This document shows positions 54,453-64,000 of a stretch of DNA of 64,000 nt, piece after piece. The translations under genes and the position numbers were made by a program. The first letter of the stretch is position 1; the number at the start of each line of letters is the position of its first letter. The notes under the pieces are model-generated. The model saw only the letters and a list, made by a program, of their open reading frames with translations, was not told the DNA's origin and ran no database searches. The stretch is from Octopus sinensis (Eukaryota). The stretch lies in NCBI RefSeq assembly GCF_006345805.1, contig NC_043006.1, forward strand, positions 29,326,001 through 29,390,000, written 5' to 3'.

Positions 54453-55232
54453 CTGTGTTGGGCATAAAAATGAAGATAGAACAGTTCCTTCAATATAATT
54501 TAGTTTTGTGTTGAAGTTTCTTAAACGATGTCAAAATATAAACATTGAATAAAGTTTTGTGCTACTAATAAACAGTGTATAAGTTTATCACAATAACATG
54601 GATAAGTTTAGTGAATGTCCATTAGATACATTAGTATCTTATTGATCTGCTATAACTGATCTCACTACTTTATGCTTTATCTGTTATAGATATTAACCTG
54701 CAATCACTGTTTTAGCTAATCGCCATTGAATTCTGTTTGCCATTTCCTTCCATTCTATATTCATATAGCTTGAAAATTTAGGTATTTTTATAATGAATAT
54801 TTGAAATAAATATCCTATGACTGGCTTTTTGTCATAATCCAATATCATATTACAAAATTAATATAAAATTTCTAATAAAGCAGAATTAAGATCAAGCATG
54901 ATGCACCTCACTTCAATTGGAAATAATGGCTGCCATCACCACCACCATTTTGATGATGAAGATGACTTTATGTCTACTTGCCAAGGTGGCATAATTGGAA
55001 GAGTCAGCATGGTTTAAGTAAGTTCCTATTCAAAGTGACTTCGCTTTTAGATGGCTTAGAAACTATGTATTGCTCATATGATTCTTTGCAACATTACAAA
55101 TCCATTATTTATTAGCAGATATACTGTTTAATCATGTATACTTTAATTATGACAGTGTACAATATGACACTAGATGCAGATTGTGTAGTGAAAGTCATCT
55201 TTATAGAAAAGAAAGTTGTGAGAGTGACTTAC

Positions 55233-55421
55233 CTCTGATTCACTTGTTGAAACACCTGATGCTCCTGTAGAAATACCATCATCTCCGACTCGATCAGATG
55301 TATTATCAGAATCAGTTAAATAATACATAGGTTTCTCAGGCATACCAGAAAGGCCAAGGAGTGCATTCATGTGGAACAATAATTCATCGACTTGGTATTC
55401 TATTTCAGCCAAAGTGAATTC
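55233..55421 (-). CDS. Polycystin-family gene exon (tail)
   Basis: CCAATAG| EFTLAEIEYQVDELLFHMN...STSESE |GTAAGT, phase 0 to 0. Confidence 0.85.
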
Positions 55422-56644
55422 CTATTGGAGATGGAAGAATCAGAGGAAAAAAAAAAAAAGAAGCATTCAGCAATATTTGGAAACAGTTTTGAACTTATTT
55501 GCACATTTCAGTGAAATCAAAGTCCTTCTGATGGTTAGAACCTACTTCTTGTTGTTGTTTAACCCTTGGTCAGCTCACATCAAGCAGACTGATGTTCAGT
55601 ATCATTCCTTCAATGGCTATCTCATCTTAGTCTCAGACAGTATACCCAATCCTACATTATCAAGTGTTCTTGTTTGAAGCAGTGTTTGATTCGAGGGAAA
55701 TTTGGCTGTTATTTCTAGCAGGTCAAATAGTGATGTAGAGTCTCCCTCAAGAGCTACAGCATATTCAATGGTGGTGATAGTGGTGGTGGTGGTGACAACA
55801 GTAGATCTCCATCACTTGATAATGAGGATTCAGTTGTTTAATCTCAACTGAATTACCTGCTCTTGAATTAACATGTAAGTGGCTGAGTATTCCTCAAACA
55901 TGTGTCCTTTTAATGTAAGCTGCAGGCAGAATCAACATAACACAGTACATGGCAAGATTGTACTTCTTGACTCACATGAACGATCCACCCACAAGCATTC
56001 TAGGCAGTTTGTCTACCCAATTTTTCTCACTAGGTGTAATTGACCAGAGGCTATAAAAAATGACAGTTCTCCAAGATGCCATGTTTCGGGATTGAACCAA
56101 GGACTTTGTAGTTGGTTTGTGAAGCAAAACTATTAACCATTCACCCATACTGTGCTTACAGATAATAGTATAGGAAGAAATCAGGAATGATATTCAAATT
56201 GAACTACTAATAGAATTCTATAGAATTTTTCAACTATTTCTAATTAATTTTTCAACACCCTTCACAAACAACCTCTCCTCATCCCACATCTTTCTTTCAG
56301 TCCAACACAAGCAGATTTATAGTTTATTGTTCAGAATTTGGATAATGAGCAAGCATAACTCATGAAAAAGATTTATTTTCACTTGTTTTCATCAGAGAAT
56401 TTCACTAGGAATACTATAATGTACCCTTAGATATACAATACCTGAAAAATTGAAGAAAAAGGAATAATCCTGACTAAAAGTCCAAGAGCAAGTTTTTATG
56501 CCTAAAGGAAATGCAAACCACTTCAATCATTTCTTAAATCTTTTATCAAATTTTACTGCAATAAACTGGAAAGAGAAATGTTTTTAGTGATAGATGATAT
56601 CGTTATAAAGTGGCAAATAAATGGAACTTTCTCCATATGCTTAC

Positions 56645-56806
56645 AGCTGGCAGTGCACAATCGCCGTCATCTGGATAATCTTCATTCCTTAATCCAGTCC
56701 ACACAAGTAATTTTTTCCAGATGAATATTAAAGATTCTCGCAAACTCATCACACCATTTGTTTTCAGCTTGTAGGAACCATGATTAGAGGATAGGATGGA
56801 AAATAT
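56645..56806 (-). CDS. Polycystin-family gene exon (end of S6 and proximal tail; absent from the ORF track)
   Basis: TTACTAG| IFSILSSNHGSYK..ESLIFIWKKLLVWTG..ALPA |GTAAGC, phase 0 to 0. Confidence 0.85.
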
Positions 56807-57431
56807 CTAGTAATGGAAAAAAATAAATAAATAAATAAAATAAAAAGTAAGAAACCATAAGTAGCCCAAGCATGATATTGACAGAAACATCAATTTTAAG
56901 TAAAATTCTAAGACTACAAAAATTCATTTGTGAAGTTGGTGCTTATATCAAGTAAGTGTTAAAGAGGATGAAAGATTAATGTTGACCTAGCTGAGAAGGG
57001 TTTATCGTGGGTAACCCAGGCAACCTTTCCTAAAATATAAAATGGTTCACTCAGAAAGAAGAAGAAATATCTGTAGAAGAATAGTGGCTCATACAATATG
57101 AGTTTCTGGAGCTGCTGGCTTCTGTGAGTTGAGTGGAATAGACAAATCTCTTCCTCGATAGAATACATATTTATCAAAACAAGTGCATTCTCATTGGTAA
57201 TAGGTGAGCTGAATAATATAGAATAAAGTCTTCTGCTCAGAGACACAATAGAGCACTAGCAGTGAATATCAATTCCAAAACCAATACCTTATTCTTTTGG
57301 CCATCTAGAAGAAACACTGTGTAATTCAGAAGACAGCCTTATCTATTATATAAAATCTGTTCTGATATGTTTACTGACAGCCTTAACAGATGGAGAATTT
57401 AAAATCAAGATGTAGATTAAAAAGTACTTAC

Positions 57432-57653
57432 ATATGCAGTGAAGAGTGTTGTAGCTAAGGCAACATAGGAAAGGACAAAGAGCTTTCCTCCAATATAAGC
57501 ATCATCATTAAATTCAGAGAAATCGTTGTTACGTGTCAATAGAGCAGTCATTGCCAGAAAGCCTGACCAAATGTTCTGGAAGTTGCTGATGACAGCACCA
57601 AATGCTAAACAACCAAGACTGGTGTAAGCAATTATTACCACAAACAAAGTAAC
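57432..57653 (-). CDS. Polycystin-family gene exon (S5, pore loop, S6)
   Basis: TTCCAG| VTLFVVIIAYTSLGCLAFG..NFQNIWSGFLAMTALLTRNNDFSEF..GGKLFVLSY..TAY |GTAAGT. Confidence 0.9.
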
Positions 57654-58140
57654 CTGGAATAGAAAGCATTATCAAAACTATTCAGTTATCTTTACACAGA
57701 TGCATGCAAAGCAAAAATGAATATGAAACTCCCTACACTAGTCGAGATTTAGAATCAAAAGTAGAAATTTTTAAAACATTTTCATTTACTTTATTTGAAA
57801 TTTCACTGAGCACTGCAATATTTTTCTTTAATACAATATGACCCTTGATCAATGATTCTCAACCTTTTTAGTATGTGTACTAAATCCAAAGCCTGGATTT
57901 TTTAGGGGTCTGCACCAAAAAACAGTAAAGCACAAGTCAATTAAAGAAAAATTTATTTATAGAGGTAAGACCACCAGAAGCATGCTTGAGGGCAGAAAGT
58001 GGCCCTGGAGGCAGTGGCTAAGAAGTGCTACTCTTGATACTTTCTGTTTCAAGATGAATTTAGTGGGAGAACCTGTATTTAACTGGAAGAGTGGAAGAAA
58101 GAAATTAGTTGAAATGGCAACACTATTAGCAAGGACTTAC

Positions 58141-58275
58141 TGCAAAAATGAGAATTTCTGTACTTGCTCGGCTATAGACTGATTCAGTCATTGAAAACAA
58201 CTGTTTGTAGCGTGATAGTGATAGAAGTTTCAGCACAGACAAAAAGAGCACTATTCCAATCTGGCATTTCAATAT
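58141..58275 (-). CDS. Polycystin-family gene exon (S4 and S4-S5 linker; absent from the ORF track)
   Basis: TTTTCAG| ILKCQIGIVLFLSVLKLLSLSRYKQLFSMTESVYSRASTEILIFA |GTAAGT. Confidence 0.9.
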
Positions 58276-58943
58276 CTGAAAATAAAGACAGAAACACATT
58301 ATAATTTCAAAATGCTACACTCATTTGTTGAAAGATGTGATGCTGTTTGAGTACACTGAAGGCATATATTGTTGAAAGATGTTATGCTCAATTTGAGAAA
58401 ACCTAAGGCATATATGTAAATAATTAAATGAAGTAAAATTTAGAATTCAAAGCATGAAACCTCTGTACAAAAAAATAATAGAACCATTTTTTGAGAAAGA
58501 GTATGCAGATATTTTGTTGTGAAGGATAAAGGCAGTAGATATTCTTTCAGTGAAATGGTAAAAATATGTGGCACAACAGGATTACAGGATTACAGACTTG
58601 AGATTTTGGTTGAGAATTTAGCAGTTCAAATCCTTGACATGGGTTTTATATTCTCTTTTTGAGTAAGGTAATTTTTTGCCTTAGCTTTCCTGAACCTTGC
58701 AGAAAATTAGGCTGCAATGAGCTGGCTTCCTACTTGGAAAGAGATTTCTTCTTGGGGAAATAGTTATGTTATTCTGAATGTATTTTCTGTCATGAAATTA
58801 TGAATTTAAGAGATGAAAGGACACTTATTCGATAATCCATCTCTTTAAGCATGCAACCACCACAGCTTCGTGAGAGATGTCATACGATATTTACTGAACT
58901 AATTAAAAAGACAGAGATGAAAAGATGAAAAGATAGTACCTAC

Positions 58944-59084
58944 CTCATCCCAGATAGTGATGAATGATATATCTACATATTCCTTGTAGAAAGAACTGCG
59001 CAGTTTTTCAATTATATTAGACACCAGTACAAATCGATACACATAACAACCCATGTATATTAAAGACGTAATACAAATTGAAGC
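58944..59084 (-). CDS. Polycystin-family gene exon (S3)
   Basis: TTTCAG| ASICITSLIYMGCYVYRFVLVSNIIEKLRSSFYKEYVDISFITIWDE |GTAGGT; matches the PKD-channel Y.R...YV....WDE pattern. Confidence 0.9.
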
Positions 59085-60162
59085 CTGAAATATATAATAT
59101 TTCATGTAACTTGAAGCAGAAATTACACACACACACAATGTTGGAATACATAAAATACCAAAATCTACTTATTTTTCAACCGAAAATGTAAAACCATTCT
59201 ATGACAAGTGAAAATATGTTCAACAGAATGGAAGACAAGTTTAGTGAGCTGAGTCTGCTATGTGATGGTAGTTATTTTGTTTCATTTAAATCCCTTTTGG
59301 GAGAAGTATAAATATCATATTTCTCTGCTTTACCTTGCTCAATAAAACTTAGATTACATACCCATTTGGAAATAGTAATGGAAATCACTGGCACATTCTG
59401 TCTGTGTCACAATGATAAGGATTATAGCAGTCTACATCCAGAAAGCAATAAGTTAAAATTGGTTTAAAATCTCAATATCAATGTTTTGCTATTGTCATAT
59501 AGTTAAAAAGATATTTAGTTAACATGCTAACTTCTCACTAGAAATGTCAATAGATTGTGTTGTACACTGATCAAAACACCAGGCAGGGTTCATTTCTATG
59601 TATCTGACAATAGAGCATACAAAACAACTTATCAGGTAATGGTTAAACCAACTAGAAACTGAGAAGATGGTGGTTTAATTCATGAATGTCCTTTCATTTC
59701 ACAATGAATATCATTTAAACAAACCCAGAGAAGCAGCAACACACAGAGGTAAGTGAAAATAAAATTATATCATCTTTCAATGTTTGTATTATCTCTAAGT
59801 GCTAGTAAGCAAGAGATAATCTTCTTGTGAATCGAGCTCACAAATTAGTTTTGATTCTTCATAGAAAGTTTGTTCATTTATGTTACTTAATATTTCTCTT
59901 GCATATAAACAGAATCCAAGAGAGAGTGAGAAGAGGCTGATGATTTAATCAATCCTGAAATCTTATTGTTTTATGTTTATTGGTTCCAGGGTGTTAAAAG
60001 GCAACTCTTTTGAGATTTTCCTGAAAACAGTAAGATGACAATTCAGTTACACTAAAAGCATCAAAGCAAACCCAACACTAGCATCGGTATAATTCTATAG
60101 AGGATTCTATGTCAGTCAGTAAAGTTAAACATTATTAAGAAAAAAAACCCCATAATGCTTAC

Positions 60163-60264
60163 ATCTATGAGTTTCCATGTTTGACCAAGAAATTTTTCAT
60201 GGTATCTTATGACATCAAAGAACAACTTCTTCATGCTAAACAGCATCAATATAACAAACAGCAA
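60163..60264 (-). CDS. Polycystin-family gene exon (S2)
   Basis: Long pyrimidine tract TCTTACAG| LLFVILMLFSMKKLFFDVIRYHEKFLGQTWKLID |GTAAGC. Confidence 0.85.
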
Positions 60265-60761
60265 CTGTAAGAGCAAGAACAATAGAAAAGAGTAACTTTC
60301 AATGAGTTTAGAATTGTTTTTAACAAAAATACTTTGACTAAAATCATTGCAATTTATTTGTTTCAGTTTTTTACATTCTGAAGTCAACTGTAACTTCCAT
60401 CCTTTCAGAGGTTGATAAAATGAAGAATTAGTCTTAGACTAACTGGGGTCAATTTAGGGTGTAATTGACTTAACACCTCCCTTCAAAATTCCTGGCTTTG
60501 TGCCAAAATTAGAAACAATCATTATTAATTCTTGTTTTTTAATGATTGAAAAGAACCTGTTCAGAAGGTAAACACATTCAACCCAAAAACATGTAGAGAA
60601 AATGTGAAAATGTCGATGCTGATTTTATTTATCAAACCCAATTGAACCCTATGTTAAAAGTTGGAATCATTTTGTCATTTTGTAAATCAGCAACATTAAA
60701 CTATTTAATGCAGCCTTCTTTATTTAATATCATATAATGTAATTAAATGAAGATTAGTCAC

Positions 60762-60834
60762 TATTTCTAGTAGATCAAATGACTGCATAGAGGCTTCCTT
60801 GCTGATGATGGAAGTAGTGACATGAGACCTAATT
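60762..60834 (-). CDS. Possible further upstream polycystin exon
   Basis: TTACTAG| IRSHVTTSIISKEASMQSFDLLEI |GTGACT is phase-compatible, but the donor is weak. Confidence 0.35.
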
Positions 60835-61200
60835 CTAGTAACATTTAAGGAACCAGAAAAGTTTATTCAAATTGATAAGGTAGTGGATGAAAGCAATATC
60901 TGTGATCAACAACTCCAAGACTCTGTTATATTTAGAAATGGTAAAGAACATCTTCATTTTTTAATTCAGAGCAAGGTCAAATTATCTTCTGTTCTTAGGA
61001 TTTGTTTTTTAATCCTTCTCATCATTTTCCTTCTATGTTACAGAATTTTGTAAAAGCTTTGTTTATCCTAATTTTCTAAGTGCTTATTATGCAAATTTTT
61101 GTATAATAAATATATATAATTGGAATATAAGATCATTCTAAAAATGATCTTACTTTTTCTCAACCGTTGGCCATTGATAAGATATGTAGTGATGCTACTG

Positions 61201-61599
61201 TGTAGGGTTCGGTGCGCATGCGCAGAATGGGACTACTTCCGGGTGGCCACCGGAAGCCTTCCCCATGCGCATGTGCGGGAAAACATCTCTCGAGCCCGCG
61301 AACCTCAAATCTCTCTCTTCGGCTCAAGACAGCACTGCGATCGGTCACGGTTTTCCTGGCTCTGACAGCCACACACCAGCTTCAACCAACTTCAACCAAC
61401 CTCAACGACCAACACCAGCAGTATCTCAGAGGCTGTCTATTCCCCCATCAGACAACGTACAACCATGAATCAATAAACCAAGTTGTCTGTTCACTTTAAC
61501 CTGAGTTTCGTCTGTTTGTTTTCTGCAAGAATTTTGTATGTGACTAGAAAGGATCTCGACACCCTGCCAGTGCTTCGATGATAGATCCTTTCACGTACA
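61201..61599 (+). mobile_element. 5' LTR of a Ty3/Gypsy element
   Basis: TGTAG...GTACA termini, AATAAA at 61472, PBS 2 nt downstream. Confidence 0.85.
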
Positions 61600-61601
61600 A
61601 T

Positions 61602-61611
61602 TGGTGACCCC
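61602..61611 (+). promoter_or_regulatory. Primer-binding site, tRNA-Trp type
   Basis: TGGTGACCCC is complementary to the tRNA-Trp 3' end (10-nt match). Confidence 0.8.
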
Positions 61612-61977
61612 TAGTTGAGAGAAAAAGAACAGGATAGAAAAAGACACAGCGAACAAGTTTTTTTTGGGGCCGAAGAGCGCGGAAATTCACATTTATTTTC
61701 CTATTTTCTCCTTTTCAGCACGGCGAGGTGGGTCAAATAACCTTATTCATCGCACACAGTACAAAAAAAAAAAGAAGACAAAAGAAAAAAACACACACAC
61801 ATTCATTTTTTCCTTTTCTGTATTTTGTTTTCCTTGTACACACTTATTCCTTTTTTTTGCTACCCACGAGGTGCACACACAAACACAACTTGAATTGCCT
61901 TCTCGGTTCCACGTGTTCTCTCTCCATTTCTCGACCATACCTTCTGCCCCTTCTCACAGACTCCTTCCGACAAAGGC

Positions 61978-62711
61978 ATGGCTTCAGGTTTGCCTTCATT
62001 TACGGGGGATGCGGGGCTGTGGTTTGCACAGGTGGAATCACACTTTGCCGCGCATACCATTCCGCCACAACAGCAGTTACATCTACTGTTTTCAAGTTTG
62101 CCCTCCCGGCTCGCAACATCGGTCAGGGATCTCATTGTGAGTCCCCATCCTGACGCCACATATGCGTCAGTAAAGGCGGAGATCCTCCGTCGCAACACGC
62201 GCTCAGAGGAAAGTCAGTTTAATGAACTGATGGCCGACGAGCAGTTAGGGGACAGAACTCCAACCCAATTTCTGCGCCATCCAAGAGAGCTAAGCGGCAA
62301 CGCCGCTGACGCGCCGCTCTTACGTAAGATATTTTTCAAGGCTGCCTGCCCACGTGCAGACAATGTTGGCCACGGCACTGGACTGTGTCTGTGGACCAGA
62401 TCGCCACGATGGCCGACAAAGTGTTGGAGTTTTCGCGCCCATCTCCCTCGCGGGGCCTGTACGCATGCACAGAGCCCCCCCCGACACCTCCGACGAACGA
62501 TAAACTGGCCGAGAACATCGACGCGCTTACGCGGAGGATCGATGATCTGTGCCGTGCGATCGGACGCCAATCTCGTAGTCGCAGTAGCTCTATTTCCCGC
62601 AGTCGGAGTGACTCTGTTTCTCGTTCCGGCTGGTGCTGGTACCATTCGAGATATGCCGAAAAGGCAGATCGGTGTACCCAGCCGTGCACTTTCAAGCCCT
62701 CGGAAAACTAA
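61978..62711 (+). pseudogene. Gypsy gag (CsRn1-type, CHCC motif), frameshifted as assembled
   Basis: LPSFTGDAGLWFAQVESHF..LGDRTPTQFLR in frame +1; RLPAHVQTMLA in +2; SVDQIATMADKV..CWYHSRYAEKADRCTQPC in +3. Confidence 0.85.
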
Positions 62712-64000
62712 ATCCGGAGGAGGTGAGCACGTCACCTTCTTCCATCTCGTTTCCCAAACATCGTGCATTCTATGTAAAAGATCTGGTGTCGAGAAGAAAT
62801 TCTTCATGGTAGACACCGGTTCCTGTTGCAGCATCTGGCCCCTTCGTCTGGCTGCAGACAAGCCCAAGCGCTCTTCGATTGTCTTGCATGCTATTGACTC
62901 GTCTCCCATAACCACTTACGGTCAGATTTCGCTGCGCCTCAACCTCAACCTTCGTCGAGACTTTCGATGGGTTTTCGTCATCGCTGACATCCCGCATCCT
63001 ATTCTCGGCGCTGATTTCCTGGATAGGTGTAACCTATTGGTGGATGTCAGGCGTCGGAGGCTTCTTGATAGCACGACGTCGCTCTCTACACCGACTGGGA
63101 GTTCCACCACTGCGGTCCTTAGCCCGACATTCTTTGTTGCCACCTCTGGAGACCCTTTTCACTCTCTTTTGGTTTCATTTCCGGAGCTAGTGGACATTGC
63201 CTTTAAACCGGAAAATCCTACCCACTCGACCCTCCATTTCATCACCACCAATGGGCCACCTGTATTCTCACGCCCCCGGCGCCTAGCGCCAGACCGACTT
63301 AAAACGGCCAGAGCCGAGTTTGAGCACATGCTTCAACTTGGCCTTATACGCCCCTCCACCAGCCCATGGGCATCTCCCCTTCATTTGGCGCGAAAGGGCG
63401 AGTCTGATTTTCGCTCGGTTGGAGACTATCGACGCCTCAATGCCGTCACAATAGCCGATCGCTATCCGATTAGAAATCTCCGGGACTTTACAGCAAATCT
63501 CCATGGTTGTACCATTTTTTCGAAGGTCGATCTGATACGCGCTTACCACCAAATACCGGTCAACCCAGCCGACGTTCCAAAAACTGCAATCACTACCCCG
63601 TTTGGGTGTTTTGAGTTTTTGTACATGAGTTTCGGTTTGCGGAATGCTACTAGCACCTTCCAGCGCTTCATTGATGAGGTTGTCCGCGGTCTTGATTTTG
63701 TGTTTGCCTATGTCGATGACATACTCATTGCGAGCGACACACGAGAAAATCATCTCCGGCACCTTTCTCAACTCTTCCAGCGTCTTCGCGCGTATAGCAT
63801 ACGCATAAACCCCGACAAGTGTGTTTTCGGACGCTCTTCCCTAGATTTTCTAGGGCATCATATTGATTCGACTGGAATCAGCCCCCTCTCGTCAAAAGTC
63901 GATGCCATTCAACGCATCGCACCCCCCACTTCCTTGCGCCAGCTCAGGCATTATCTAGGGATGGTCAATTTCTACCGACGCTTCATTCCCGGTTGTGCAG
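62704..64000 (+). CDS. Gypsy pol (protease + reverse transcriptase), runs off the window
   Basis: MVDTGS at 62806-62823, ILGADFL, SPWASPLHL, DYRRLN, DLIRAYHQI, FGLRNA..FQR, YVDD at 63709-63720, LGMVNFYRRFIP. Confidence 0.93.

Noticed and set aside
56959-57246. Hydrophobic ORF as a PKD exon
   Set aside because: No phase-0 acceptor gives an open frame; exon 56645-56806 continues S6 properly.
62214-63771. Antisense ORFs (233 aa, 162 aa) in the Gypsy element
   Set aside because: Expected shadows of GC-rich coding sequence; no motifs.

Overview
AT-rich eukaryotic genomic DNA, dense in (TA)n, (CA)n and (GAT)n microsatellites and transposons. The repeat families and composition suggest an octopod cephalopod (inference). 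No rRNA, true tRNA gene or CRISPR array was seen. Two convergent spliced genes were reconstructed by hand from splice-phase-consistent exons. (1) On the + strand, a complete 5-coding-exon gene (14699-30383, 374 aa) encodes a secreted protein: signal peptide, PAN/Apple domain, 4-Cys EGF-like module, and a C-terminal domain I cannot name that starts with a fibrinogen-like SCKE..VFCDF motif. (2) On the - strand lies the 3' part (9 confident exons, 664 aa, 60264-45999) of a polycystin (PKD)-family channel gene with a long cytoplasmic tail. Main mobile elements: an apparently intact RTE-clade LINE (1040-aa APE-RT ORF with a PHD finger inside the RT) preceded by seven 162-bp tandem units; a 5'-truncated RTE copy whose 3' UTR has expanded to about 2.3 kb by nested tandem duplication; and a CsRn1-type Ty3/Gypsy element inside a PKD intron. 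Also present: Penelope-like relics with two hammerhead ribozyme motifs and a GIY-YIG fragment, several long fold-back inverted repeats, and mariner, hAT, Helitron-like, CR1-like, R4-like and tRNA-SINE remnants. All calls are by eye; element boundaries are approximate unless a TSD, TIR or splice site is cited.
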